Assembly (NCBI GenBank): GCA_963708075.1
Contig: OY970194.1
Location: forward strand, 160,001 to 224,000
DNA from: Sedimentisphaerales bacterium
GTDB lineage: Bacteria > Planctomycetota > Phycisphaerae > Sedimentisphaerales > Anaerobacaceae
Length of the DNA stretch: 64,000 bases
Reading direction: 5' to 3'
The notes under the pieces are model-generated. The model made no database searches and was not told where the DNA came from. It worked only from the letters and a program-made list of their open reading frames with translations. Shown here in pieces: positions 29,601 to 39,478 of the stretch. The position numbers and the translations under genes were made by a program. Every line of letters starts with the position of its first letter. Positions within the stretch are counted from its first letter, which is position 1.

Positions 29601-31475
29601 ATGCAGAATTTCGACTGGAAAGCCAAGTACAAAGATAAGATCAAGACGGCCGCGGCGGCGATGAAGCTGGTCAAGTCCGGCAACAGTATTTTCATCGGCA
29701 CGGGATGCGCCCAGCCGCAGCACCTCGTGCAAGCCATGGTCGAGCACTCCGACCATATCTACGACGCGCATATCGTGCACCTGCTGACCATGGGCGATGC
29801 GCCCTATATCCGCGAGCAGTTCCGCGACAAGTTCAAAATGAACAGTTTCTTCATCGCGGAGAACGTGCGCGACGCGATAGAGAAAGGAATCGGCGATTAT
29901 ACGCCGATCTTTCTGTCGGAGATCCCGGCGGAGTTTGAGACCGGGCGTATTCCGATCGATGTGGCGATGATCTCCGTAACGCCGCCGGATGTCAACGGCT
30001 TGTGCAGCCTCGGCGTCTCCGTGGATATCGTGCAGGCGGCGGCGTCGAACGCACACTATGTCATCGCCCAGGTCAACAGCCGCATGCCGCGAACCTACGG
30101 CAACAGTTTCATGCACGTGAACACGATTGACGTGCTTGTGCCGTTTGATGAGCCGGTCATAGAGATCCCGATCCCGGAGCCCGATGAAACATTGCGGCGG
30201 ATCGGCGAGAATGTGGCCAGGCTGGTCGATGACGGCAGCACCATCGAGTGCGGCATCGGCCGAATCCCCCAGGCGCTGGCGGAGTACCTGGTATACAAAA
30301 AGGACCTCGGCATCCACACCGAGATGTTCAGCGACTGGATCATCGACCTCATCGACTGCGGCGCGATCACCTGTGCGAAGAAGTCGCTCAACCGCGGCAA
30401 GATCGTCGCAAGCTTCTGCATGGGCTCGCAAAGGCTGTACGACTATATCGACAACAATCCCTTCTTCGAATTCTACCCCACCGAATACGTCAATGATGTG
30501 AATATCATTGCCCAGCACGACCGGATGGTGGCCATCAACGTCGGGCTGGAGATCGACCTGACCGGCCAGGTGTGTGCGGATTCCCTGGGCTACAGGTTCT
30601 ACAGCGGTATCGGCGGACAGGTGGATTTCATTCGCGGGGCGGCCCGAAGCCGCGGCGGCAAGGCGATCATCGCCATGCCCTCGACGGCCAAAGACGGCCA
30701 CGTATCGAGGATCGTGCCGCATCTGACGGAAGGGGCCGGGGTCGTGACCACACGCGGCGACGTCCACTACGTGGCTACCGAATACGGCGTCGCTTACCTG
30801 CACGGCAAGAGCATCCGGCAGAGGGTGCTCGACCTGATCAACATCGCTCATCCGAAATTCCGAAAGGGCCTGATCCAGGCCGCCAAGGCAAGAAACTACA
30901 TCTACCAGGACCAGATCGAGCTGGCCTGGGACCAGGTGAACTATCCGGAGGAACTGGAGCACTACACGACGCTGCGCGACGGGACCGAGATCTTCTTCCG
31001 CCCGATCAAGCCGGTGGACGAGGCAGCCCTGTCGGAGATGCTCTACTCGCTCAGTGAGGAATCTGTGCGGACTCGCTACATGACGCGGACGATGACCTTC
31101 CCTCATAAAGATATTCAGCAACTGACGAATATCGACTACAAGCAGGACCTGGCCATCGTCGGCCTGGTCCCGGGCGTCGGGGGCGAGGATATTGTCGCCA
31201 TGGCGCAGTATTTCCTGGACCCCAAGACCCAGGCGGCGGAGGTAGCCTTCCTCGTGCAGGATGAGTGGCAGCAGAAGGGCATGGGCACGTTCCTGCTGGA
31301 CTATATCACACAGGTCGCCAAGCAACGGGGCGTGAAGCGGTTCTATGCGAAGGTCCTGGGTGACAACAAGCCCATGCTGGCGATCTTCCAGAACTCCGGG
31401 TACAAGGTCAATATCGAGTTCGACGGCGACGTGTACAACATCGCATATGACTTGACCAAAGAGGAACAACCATGA
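29601..31475 (+). CDS. Acetyl-CoA hydrolase/CoA-transferase fused to a C-terminal GNAT acetyltransferase
   Basis: GIGRIP, GIHTEM, SGIGGQVDF, TEYG; C-terminal AEVAFLVQDEWQQKGMG and NKPML. Confidence 0.9.
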   Translation: MQNFDWKAKYKDKIKTAAAAMKLVKSGNSIFIGTGCAQPQHLVQAMVEHSDHIYDAHIVHLLTMGDAPYIREQFRDKFKMNSFFIAENVRDAIEKGIGDYTPIFLSEIPAEFETGRIPIDVAMISVTPPDVNGLCSLGVSVDIVQAAASNAHYVIAQVNSRMPRTYGNSFMHVNTIDVLVPFDEPVIEIPIPEPDETLRRIGENVARLVDDGSTIECGIGRIPQALAEYLVYKKDLGIHTEMFSDWIIDLIDCGAITCAKKSLNRGKIVASFCMGSQRLYDYIDNNPFFEFYPTEYVNDVNIIAQHDRMVAINVGLEIDLTGQVCADSLGYRFYSGIGGQVDFIRGAARSRGGKAIIAMPSTAKDGHVSRIVPHLTEGAGVVTTRGDVHYVATEYGVAYLHGKSIRQRVLDLINIAHPKFRKGLIQAAKARNYIYQDQIELAWDQVNYPEELEHYTTLRDGTEIFFRPIKPVDEAALSEMLYSLSEESVRTRYMTRTMTFPHKDIQQLTNIDYKQDLAIVGLVPGVGGEDIVAMAQYFLDPKTQAAEVAFLVQDEWQQKGMGTFLLDYITQVAKQRGVKRFYAKVLGDNKPMLAIFQNSGYKVNIEFDGDVYNIAYDLTKEEQP

Positions 31476-31482
31476 TCGCCAG

Positions 31483-31611
31483 ACGATTTATGAATTACGA
31501 TTTACCATTTACGATTTCTGCTTGGTGCTTTGGCCCCTCCGGTATTTCCAGGGTGTCGATGTTGCTTCCTCACAATTGTCGATCATCAATGGTAAACCGT
31601 AAATCGTAAAT
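31483..31611. repeat. Inverted heptamer tandem repeats (ACGATTT)n ... (AAATCGT)n
   Basis: Five 7-mer units at 31483-31517; reverse-complement units at 31587-31611. Confidence 0.8.
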
Positions 31612-32746
31612 GCAAAGATCCGCCTTCATACACTCGCAGGAGATCGAGAAGTACAGTTATCCTGAGGACAGTCCCTTCAAGACCGAGCGTGCCGGCCGAA
31701 CGCGACATGTCTTGCACACGATGGGGCTGCTCTCGGGCGAAGGGATCCGGGAGGTCCCGCCCAAGCCGGCCGACAGAAGGACGCTGAAGAAGTTTCACAC
31801 CGCCCGCTATCTGCATGCCCTGAAGAAGGCCGAGGGAGGCCGGTGGGACCTGGACGCTCTTCACATGGGGCTCGGGACCACCGATTGTCCGATCTTTCGC
31901 GGGATGTATGACTATGCGGTGCTCGCCACAGGAGCGACGCTGGTCGGCGCTGAGCTGATCCTGTCGGGCGAGGTCGATGTGGCCTTCAATCCCTCCGGCG
32001 GATACCATCACGCCTTTCCGGAAAAGGCAGCCGGCTTCTGCTACATCAACGACAACGCGCTCGCCTGCACCGCCCTTGCGGAAGCGGGCAAGCGGGTCTT
32101 GTACCTGGACGTGGACGTGCACTACGGGGATGGAGTGGCTTACGCTTTCTACGGCCGCTCCGACGTGATGACGATCTCGCTGCACGAGAATCCGAAGATG
32201 CTGTTCCCGGGAACGGGCTTTGAGGACGAGATCGGCGAGGGGGAGGGCCGGGGCTATTGCGTCAACCTGCCGCTGCCGGTAGGGACGTTCGATCAGGCGT
32301 ACATCTATGCCTTCGATTCCGTCGTCATGCCTCTGATCAAGGCCTACCGCCCGGACGTGATTGTCTTCGAGCTGGGTGCCGATACGCTGGCCGGCGACCC
32401 GCTCGCCCACCTGTACTTGACGAACAACACCTACGCAGATATCGTCGAGCGCCTGCTGCGATTCAACAAGCCGATCCTGATGACCGGCGGCGGCGGATAC
32501 AACGTCGAGAACACGGTTCGTGCCTGGGCGCGGGCCTGGACGGTCCTTTCAGAGCAGGATACCACGCATGGCATGGAAGCGGCCGTCGGAGGAATCATGC
32601 TTCAGAGCACAGATTGGCAGGGGGGCCTTCGCGACCGGGAACTTCCCGTCACGAGCCAGCAAAGAGATACGGTCCTATCTGCCCTTGATGTCTCCATAGA
32701 GACAATCAAGGCCAAAGTCTTCCCGATCCATGGCCTGCGGCCATGA
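31610..32746 (+). CDS. acuC: AcuC/HDAC-family Zn-dependent protein deacetylase
   Basis: GGYHHA, GFCYIND, DVDVHYGDG, SLHE, FPGTG, GADTLAGDPL, GGGGY. Confidence 0.9.
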   Translation: MQRSAFIHSQEIEKYSYPEDSPFKTERAGRTRHVLHTMGLLSGEGIREVPPKPADRRTLKKFHTARYLHALKKAEGGRWDLDALHMGLGTTDCPIFRGMYDYAVLATGATLVGAELILSGEVDVAFNPSGGYHHAFPEKAAGFCYINDNALACTALAEAGKRVLYLDVDVHYGDGVAYAFYGRSDVMTISLHENPKMLFPGTGFEDEIGEGEGRGYCVNLPLPVGTFDQAYIYAFDSVVMPLIKAYRPDVIVFELGADTLAGDPLAHLYLTNNTYADIVERLLRFNKPILMTGGGGYNVENTVRAWARAWTVLSEQDTTHGMEAAVGGIMLQSTDWQGGLRDRELPVTSQQRDTVLSALDVSIETIKAKVFPIHGLRP

Positions 32747-32800
32747 TTTGGAAACGGGACCAGGGGTGCCCTGATCCCGCCCCATATCACCTGAAATTCA

Positions 32801-34081
32801 CTATGCCGGCACAGCCACGAGCTTGGGCTGCGGTCGCTGGATAAGAAACGTCAGGGCGGTGCCGACGAGCAGGAGCACGCTCGCCACGATGAACGAGGAC
32901 ATGTAGCTGCCTCCCGTGCCATCCGCATTCTTGCTGGCCTGATAGAGCATCTGCTGCACCCGTGGCAGTACGAAGCCCCCTACGCCCCAGGCGGTGAAGA
33001 GGACGCCGTAGTTCATGCCGAAGGTCTTCAGTCCCCACAGGTCCTTGGCGTAGGAGGGGAAGAGCGCCAGGTTTGCCCCGTAGTTGGCGCCAATGAGGGC
33101 GGCCAAAAGCACGATGACCACGGCTGCCATATCCTTCGAGGCGGTTACCGGAATGGCCACCAACATCAGCATCGCCTGAATGGTCAGGACCAGGCACAGC
33201 GTCCATCGTCGGCCGATCCTGTCGGAGAGCGTTCCTGCGAGGATGCGTCCGCCGGCATTGCCGATGGCCATGACCGCCACCGCCACGAACGCGAGTTCGC
33301 CCATGCTCTTCTTGGCCATGCCGCTGATACTTCCGATGACCATCAGCCCAGCGCCCGCACCGATGAAGTAGATCACCCACAGCAGATAGAACAGCGGCGA
33401 TCGCAGGATCTGGCCGGGGGTGACGTTGACGGCAGCAGATTTGGCCGGAGCATTTCCGCCGGCCGGCTTGGTACCGGCCACAAAACCCGCGGGCGGATTG
33501 ATCAGCCATTGCGCGAGACCACACACGATGGCCGTGAATGCAATACCCAGGATGAGCATGGTCTTCTGGACGCCGAAATGCCCCAGTAAATATTGCGAGG
33601 TCGGCGCCAGATACACCGGGGCCAGGCCGAAGCCCGCCACGACCAGTCCTGCGATGAGGCCGGTCTTTGCGGGCGGAAACCACTTGAGCGCAGGTGGCGT
33701 GGCCGAGGAGTAGCCGAAGCCGATACCGATGCCGGCCAGCACGCCGAAGCCGAGGAGCCATACGGCATAGCTGCTCGTGGTCGAGCAGAGCAAGAATCCC
33801 ACTCCAACCAGCAATCCGCCGATGGACGCGGTCAGACGCGGGCCGAATCGGTCCTGGCACCGACCGGCCAGGATCATCGCAAAGGCGAAGACCAGGCAGC
33901 ACAGGGCATAAGGGTCATTGAGCTGGTCGCCCTTCCAGCCGAAATCCTTCTCGATAGCGCCCTTGGTGAGGCTCCAGGCATAGAGGATGCCGAGGGCCAG
34001 GTTGATGCCGAGTCCGGCGAGGGTGACGATCCATCCGCGATTGGCGACAGGGGGTTGAAGTGTATCGGTGTGATCGGCCAT
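32801..34081 (-). CDS. OFA-family (oxalate:formate antiporter-like) MFS transporter
   Basis: GILYAWS, GRCQDRFGPR, KWFP, NAGGR..LSDRIGR, NYG.LFTAWG. Confidence 0.88.
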   Translation of the reverse strand: MADHTDTLQPPVANRGWIVTLAGLGINLALGILYAWSLTKGAIEKDFGWKGDQLNDPYALCCLVFAFAMILAGRCQDRFGPRLTASIGGLLVGVGFLLCSTTSSYAVWLLGFGVLAGIGIGFGYSSATPPALKWFPPAKTGLIAGLVVAGFGLAPVYLAPTSQYLLGHFGVQKTMLILGIAFTAIVCGLAQWLINPPAGFVAGTKPAGGNAPAKSAAVNVTPGQILRSPLFYLLWVIYFIGAGAGLMVIGSISGMAKKSMGELAFVAVAVMAIGNAGGRILAGTLSDRIGRRWTLCLVLTIQAMLMLVAIPVTASKDMAAVVIVLLAALIGANYGANLALFPSYAKDLWGLKTFGMNYGVLFTAWGVGGFVLPRVQQMLYQASKNADGTGGSYMSSFIVASVLLLVGTALTFLIQRPQPKLVAVPA

Positions 34082-34095
34082 AGACAATCCTTAAG

Positions 34096-34136
34096 AAAAA
34101 AAGCCGGACGCATAGCCATGTCGGTCATGCGTCCGG
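34096..34136 (-). terminator. Intrinsic terminator after acs
   Basis: ccggacgcat/atgcgtccgg stem followed by T7 on the minus strand. Confidence 0.7.
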
Positions 34137-34159
34137 TCCACAGTTGCTGAATCGAGAAA

Positions 34160-36139
34160 CTACTTGCCTCGGCCTTTGACCAGGGCCTCGACGACACTGG
34201 GATCGGCCAGGGTGGTGATGTCACCGAGATTGTCGGTGCTGTTCTCTGCGATCTTGCGCAGGATGCGCCGCATGATCTTGCCCGAGCGAGTCTTTGGCAG
34301 CGCGGGGGCGAACTGGATCACTTCCGGCATGGCGATCGGGCCGATCTCCTTGCGCACGTGCATGACGAGTTCCTTCTTGAGCTCGTCGCTCTCGTGGACG
34401 CCTTCCTTGAGCGTCACGAAGGCGTACAGGGCCTGCCCCTTGATCTCATGCGGCATGGGCGTAACGGCCGCTTCGGCCACTTTCGCGTGGCTGACCAGGG
34501 CGCTTTCGACCTCGGCGGTGCCGATGCGGTGGCCGGAGACGTTGACGACGTCATCGATACGGCCCATCAGCCAGTAATCGCCGTCCTGATCGACGCGGCA
34601 CCCGTCGCCCGTGAAGTACTGATCCGCAAACATCGTGAAGTAGGTATCGATGAAGCGATCGTGATCGCCCCACATCGTTCGCATCATGCCCGGCCAGGGC
34701 TTGCGGATGCATAGCTTGCCGCCCTCGTTGGCGCCGCACTCTGTGCCATCGTCGCGCAGCACGACCGGATCGACGCCGGGGAAGGGCTTGGTCGCGCTGC
34801 CCGGCTTGAGGGTAAACGCGCCCGGCAGCGGCGTGATCAGAATGCCGCCGGTCTCCGTCTGCCACCAGGTATCGACGATCGGGCACTTCTCGTGGCCGAT
34901 GTGCTTGTAGTACCAGATCCAGGCCTCCGGGTTGATCGGCTCGCCGACCGAGCCCAGGACCCGCATCGTATCGAGCTTGTACTTGGCGGGCCATTCATCG
35001 CCCAGACGCATCAGCGAGCGAATCGCCGTGGGGGCGGTGTAGAACACCGTGACACCAAACTTGTCGCAGATCTGCCAGAACCGGCCGGCGTCCGGATATG
35101 TGGGCACGCCCTCGAACATCAGCGAGGTGGCCCCGTTGGCCAGCGGCCCGTAAACGATGTAGCTGTGTCCGGTCACCCAGCCGATATCGGCGGTGCACCA
35201 GTACACATCCTTGTCGTGAACGTCAAAAATGACTTTGTGGCTGAACGCAACGTGCAGCAGGTACCCGGCGGTGGTGTGCACGACGCCCTTTGGCTTGCCG
35301 GTCGAGCCCGAGGTGTACAGGATGAACAGCGGGTCCTCCGCGTTCATCTTCTCGGCGTCGCACTTATCGTTTACGTTGGCCATCTCATCGCTGTACAAAG
35401 TGTCACGGCCCGGCTGCATATGGCACGGATCGTCGGTAACCTTCACGACGATGACGCTCTCGATGGAAGGTGTCTTCCGCAAAGCTTCATCGGCGATATT
35501 CTTCAGCGGGATGTGCTTGCCGGCACGCAACGAGACATTCGCCGTGACCAGCATCTTGCACTCGGAGTCGTTGATGCGTCCTTCCAGGGCGTCGGCGCTG
35601 AAGCCGCCGAACACGATGGAATGGATCGCGCCGATGCGCGTGCAGGCGAGCATCACGATCGGCAGCTCCGGGATCATAGGCATGTAGATCGCCACGCGGT
35701 CGCCCTTGCGGACGCCCTTGGCCTTCAGAACATTGGCGAATTTGCAGACTTCCTTGTGCAGTTGCTCGTAGGTGTACTTCCTGACGGCCGCGTCCTCTTC
35801 GCCCTGCCAGATCAAGGCCGTCTTCTTGGCGGTCGGCGTGCCCAGGTGGCGATCGAGGCAGTTCACGGACACGTTGAGCTGGCCGTCGGCGAACCATGTG
35901 TGCTCAATCTTGCGGGCGGCCGTGTCCCACGTATATTCCAGGCTTTTCGTCGGCTTCTTGAACCACGTAAGCGATTTCGCCTGTTCCAGCCAGAAGTTGT
36001 CGGGATCATTAATGGATTGCTCCCACATCTTCCTGTACTGATCCACGCTGGATATATAGGCGGTCTTCTTGATGCGCTCCGTCGGCGGAAACACACGCGT
36101 CTCCGTCATCAGAGAGCTAATCGCTCTTTCTTGGGCCAT
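34160..36139 (-). CDS. acs: Acetyl-CoA synthetase (AMP-forming)
   Basis: [42 protein letters not shown]. Confidence 0.97.
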   Translation of the reverse strand: MAQERAISSLMTETRVFPPTERIKKTAYISSVDQYRKMWEQSINDPDNFWLEQAKSLTWFKKPTKSLEYTWDTAARKIEHTWFADGQLNVSVNCLDRHLGTPTAKKTALIWQGEEDAAVRKYTYEQLHKEVCKFANVLKAKGVRKGDRVAIYMPMIPELPIVMLACTRIGAIHSIVFGGFSADALEGRINDSECKMLVTANVSLRAGKHIPLKNIADEALRKTPSIESVIVVKVTDDPCHMQPGRDTLYSDEMANVNDKCDAEKMNAEDPLFILYTSGSTGKPKGVVHTTAGYLLHVAFSHKVIFDVHDKDVYWCTADIGWVTGHSYIVYGPLANGATSLMFEGVPTYPDAGRFWQICDKFGVTVFYTAPTAIRSLMRLGDEWPAKYKLDTMRVLGSVGEPINPEAWIWYYKHIGHEKCPIVDTWWQTETGGILITPLPGAFTLKPGSATKPFPGVDPVVLRDDGTECGANEGGKLCIRKPWPGMMRTMWGDHDRFIDTYFTMFADQYFTGDGCRVDQDGDYWLMGRIDDVVNVSGHRIGTAEVESALVSHAKVAEAAVTPMPHEIKGQALYAFVTLKEGVHESDELKKELVMHVRKEIGPIAMPEVIQFAPALPKTRSGKIMRRILRKIAENSTDNLGDITTLADPSVVEALVKGRGK

Positions 36140-36275
36140 AGCATTCTCCTTCTGTGATTAATCTGTTCGTGCAAACAACTTCGCTCACATTCCCCGCGGG
36201 CGAACTCCAGACTATCAAACAGACCACGGCAGATAACCCTGCCGCAGGGCCCACGGGGGCATGGGGTGTAAACCC

Positions 36276-36307
36276 AACTTTATAAAGTTCGGGCCGGCGG
36301 CTGTCAA
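36276..36307 (-). promoter_or_regulatory. acs promoter with a palindrome over the -10 box
   Basis: TTGACA, 17 nt, TATAAA on the minus strand; perfect 14-bp palindrome AACTTTATAAAGTT at 36276-36289. Confidence 0.65.
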
Positions 36308-36329
36308 AAGAAAAACATGCAGTTGCCGC

Positions 36330-36572
36330 TCAGAACTTGCGGATCAAGGATGCCTCCGCCCGGACGTCGTCGGCCTCGCCGGAACTGCCGTCATCTGTGC
36401 GCCAGCGGGATAGCTCCAACCCGACGTTCACGTGCCTGTTCAATGCGTACAGTACGTCGCTGGAAATGGCGCGGTTCAGCGTGCCGCCGCCCGGGCTCAC
36501 GTCGTCGGCGCCCGCGTCATCGAGGGCCGCGCCGGCATTGAAAGTCCACTTATCCTACGGTCCAAGTGTGAA
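36330..36572 (-). pseudogene. C-terminal remnant of an outer-membrane beta-barrel porin (DcaP-like)
   Basis: Frame without a start codon: FTLGP*DKWTFNAG...HVNVGLELSRWRT...VRAEASLIRKF*; alternating beta strands, terminal Phe, in-frame TAG. Confidence 0.55.
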
Positions 36573-36598
36573 AGTTGGGATCCGCAATGAGGCTGCTG

Positions 36599-38392
36599 CT
36601 ACTCCCGGAGTTTTTGAACCGCTTCCGTATGATGGGTCAGGAGGTACTGTTTGGCCGGGCCGCCGAGATGCTCCCAGGGCAGGATTTCGGCGGGATCGAA
36701 TTGTCTTTGCGCCAGGGCGTCGAGGTCCAGGCCGGACTCGGTGAACGCGGTCCGCCATATCTGGTAATTGAAAACGTCGTCCCACAGGTCGAAACGGGCG
36801 CCGGCCCGCCACGCGGCTTCGATCACGTCGGCGCATCGCCTGTCACTCCGGCCGATGGCCGATTCCAGGACGCTTCGGTCCATGTCGTGGAACTTGAACT
36901 GCAGGTACTTCGCCCGCAGACGCAGTTTCTCATCGAGGATCAATCGCCGCGCCTGCTCGAAATAGGACCTCGGGCTTTGCGGCAGCCATTGAAGCGGCGT
37001 GTGGGGTTTCGGGACGAACCAGCTCACCGTGATATTGATCTGGCCCGTCTTGCGATCGATGGTCCTTCGCAGCCTGGCTAATCGATCCGATAAATCGACG
37101 ATCGCTGCGACATCGTCCAAGGTCTCGCCGGGCAGGCCGACCATGAAGTACAACTTGAGCTTTTGCCAGCCGCTCTTATAGGCTTCCTCGACGGTTGCGA
37201 ACAGGTCGCCGTCTTTGAGGGGTTTGTGGATGATTTGCCGCAGCCTCTCGCTGGCTGCCTCGACGGCGATGGTCAGGCCGCTCTTACGCACCGAGGTGAA
37301 GAGCTTCGGCACAAGCTTCAACTGCTGGTCCACCCGCAGGCTTGGAATGGACAGGCCGACGTGCTTGTCCTCGAAATACTTGTGAAGCCGCACGGTGAGG
37401 TCCTCCAGGTGCGGGTAGTCGGCTGTGGACAGGCTCAGCAGGCTCACCGTATCGAATCCGCTCGCTGCATAGGACGCCTTGGCCAGTTCAAGTACCTTGT
37501 CCGCACTGCGAGTGCGGATTGGCCGGCGGCAATAGCTGGCCTGGCAGAACCGGCATCGGCCCGGACAGCCTCGCATGATTTCCACGCTGACCCGCTCGTG
37601 TACGGCCTCGACGTACGGCACGATCGGGGCGGTCGGGACCGGCGCATTCTCGAAATCCTCTACAACTGCATTCTCCAGCCGGGTCCGCAGGCCGGGTTGC
37701 GTGACATTGATGCTTGCGATATGCGAGTTGTCGCATGTGAACTCGTAGAATTGGGGCACGTAGGCCCACTCGAACCGCTTCGCTGCTTCAAGCAACATTT
37801 GCTCTCTGCTTTGCCCGGCCTTCTTCGCTGCAAGGAGCAGGCCCGCAAGTTCCGCAACAGCCTCCTCGCCCTCGCCAAGAACGAACAGGTCGATAAACGG
37901 TGCTATCGGCTCGCAGCAGTTCGCCATGCCGCCGCCGGCGATGATGAGCGGATCGCCCTCGCCTCGCTGGTCCCGGCGAACCTGGAGTTCCGCCAGATCG
38001 AGCGCGTTCAGGACGTTCGTGTAGCACAGCTCGTTCGTCAGGCTGAAGCCGATCACGTCGAAGCTGCGCAGGGACGCTCTCGATTCGAGGCTGAACAGGG
38101 GAATCTGTTTCTGCCGGAGGACTTGTTCGGCGTCCATCCAGGGCGAAAACACTCGCTCTGCGGCGACCCCGTCCAGATCGTTGAGAATATGGTAGAGGAT
38201 GGCCAGTCCGGAGTTGGACATGCCGACCTCATAAACGTCGGGAAAGCACAGGGCAACCGTCAACTCGGCCTTGCCCAAGTCTTTCCTGACCTGGTTGACC
38301 TCGCCCCCGATGTAGCGGCCCGGCCGAGTCACGTGGGGTAGGAACTCCCGCTCCACGCGATCGCCTAACATCTCTATCATTCTTTCTTTCAT
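36599..38392 (-). CDS. B12-binding-type radical SAM protein (TIGR03960-like)
   Basis: PGRYIGGE, FPDVYEVGMSN, RGCPGRCRFC CxxxCxxC, KLYFMVGLP, FVPKPHTP. Confidence 0.88.
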   Translation of the reverse strand: MKERMIEMLGDRVEREFLPHVTRPGRYIGGEVNQVRKDLGKAELTVALCFPDVYEVGMSNSGLAILYHILNDLDGVAAERVFSPWMDAEQVLRQKQIPLFSLESRASLRSFDVIGFSLTNELCYTNVLNALDLAELQVRRDQRGEGDPLIIAGGGMANCCEPIAPFIDLFVLGEGEEAVAELAGLLLAAKKAGQSREQMLLEAAKRFEWAYVPQFYEFTCDNSHIASINVTQPGLRTRLENAVVEDFENAPVPTAPIVPYVEAVHERVSVEIMRGCPGRCRFCQASYCRRPIRTRSADKVLELAKASYAASGFDTVSLLSLSTADYPHLEDLTVRLHKYFEDKHVGLSIPSLRVDQQLKLVPKLFTSVRKSGLTIAVEAASERLRQIIHKPLKDGDLFATVEEAYKSGWQKLKLYFMVGLPGETLDDVAAIVDLSDRLARLRRTIDRKTGQINITVSWFVPKPHTPLQWLPQSPRSYFEQARRLILDEKLRLRAKYLQFKFHDMDRSVLESAIGRSDRRCADVIEAAWRAGARFDLWDDVFNYQIWRTAFTESGLDLDALAQRQFDPAEILPWEHLGGPAKQYLLTHHTEAVQKLRE

Positions 38393-38412
38393 GCGGGTAT
38401 TATAAAGAGAGT

Positions 38413-39456
38413 ATGAAAATTAACATCCGTTTTGTTTTCCTTGCTTTTGCCGCGGTCGTGCTGCTCTATCTCATGTACGCCCGCATGACCGAGTCGGGTT
38501 CGGTCCAGCTCGACAGCGGCCACCGCGTGGTCATGGGCACGTTCTCCCGTGTGGTTGTTATCGCCGGCAGCGAGCGGGCGGCCAGGAAATGCGTGGAGGC
38601 CGCCTTCGAAGTGCAGCGGCGGATCGAAGAGCTGATGAGCTATCAGCGCGAGGATTCCGAGCTGAGCAGGATCAATCGCGAGGCCGCCGACAAGCCGGTC
38701 CCCGTAAGTCCACTGACGTTCGAAGTCCTCCAGAAGTCAGTCCAGTTCAGCAAGCTCTCCGATGGGGCATTCGATGTCACGGTGGGCCCGCTGATGGACC
38801 TGTGGAAAGCAGCGGGGGAGGCCAATGAGCCTCCCACCGAGGAGGCGCTGGCCGAGGCGCGCGGCAAAGTCGGCTACGAGAAACTGATCCTCGACGAGAA
38901 GAATCTGACTGTCCGTTTTGCCGTCAAGGGTATGAGGATCGATCTCGGCGGCATCGGTAAGGGCTACGCGGTGGATAGGTCGGTCGAGGCGATCAAGAAA
39001 CGCGGGGCCATCGGTGCAATGGTCGATCTCGGCGGCAACATCCGCTGCTTCGGCCAGCCCCCGCGCGGACAGGAGCACTGGCGGGTCGGCCTGCAAGACC
39101 CGAACGTGAGCCCGGACGAAATGGACGATTCAAAGATCCTGCTGATTTTGGCCCTCACAGACCAAAGCGTTGCCACGAGCGGCGACTACCGAAGATTCGT
39201 CGAAGTCCAGGGCGCAAAGCAAAGCCACATCATCGACACCGGCACCGGCAAGGGAGCGAACAAGCTGGTCAGCGACACGATCATCGCCCCCGACGCTACA
39301 ACCGCTGACGCCCTCTCCACCGCCGTCAACGTCCTCGGCCCCGAAAAAGGCCTCGCCCTGATCGAGCGTCTCCCCAACGTCGAAGCCATCCTCATCCCCG
39401 CCGACGACCCCACCCACCCCATCTTCAGCACCGGCGCAAAAGCCTATGTAGAATAA
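38413..39456 (+). CDS. apbE: FAD:protein FMN transferase
   Basis: MGT, GAFDVTVGP, DLGGIGKGYAVD, ATSGDY, ADALST. Confidence 0.93.
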   Translation: MKINIRFVFLAFAAVVLLYLMYARMTESGSVQLDSGHRVVMGTFSRVVVIAGSERAARKCVEAAFEVQRRIEELMSYQREDSELSRINREAADKPVPVSPLTFEVLQKSVQFSKLSDGAFDVTVGPLMDLWKAAGEANEPPTEEALAEARGKVGYEKLILDEKNLTVRFAVKGMRIDLGGIGKGYAVDRSVEAIKKRGAIGAMVDLGGNIRCFGQPPRGQEHWRVGLQDPNVSPDEMDDSKILLILALTDQSVATSGDYRRFVEVQGAKQSHIIDTGTGKGANKLVSDTIIAPDATTADALSTAVNVLGPEKGLALIERLPNVEAILIPADDPTHPIFSTGAKAYVE

Positions 39457-39478
39457 GCCCCCCCTTGCTTGGGCAGTC

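Noticed and set aside
36165..36192. Rex or CRP-like box in the acs leader
   Set aside because: Half-site spacing and symmetry do not fit either consensus
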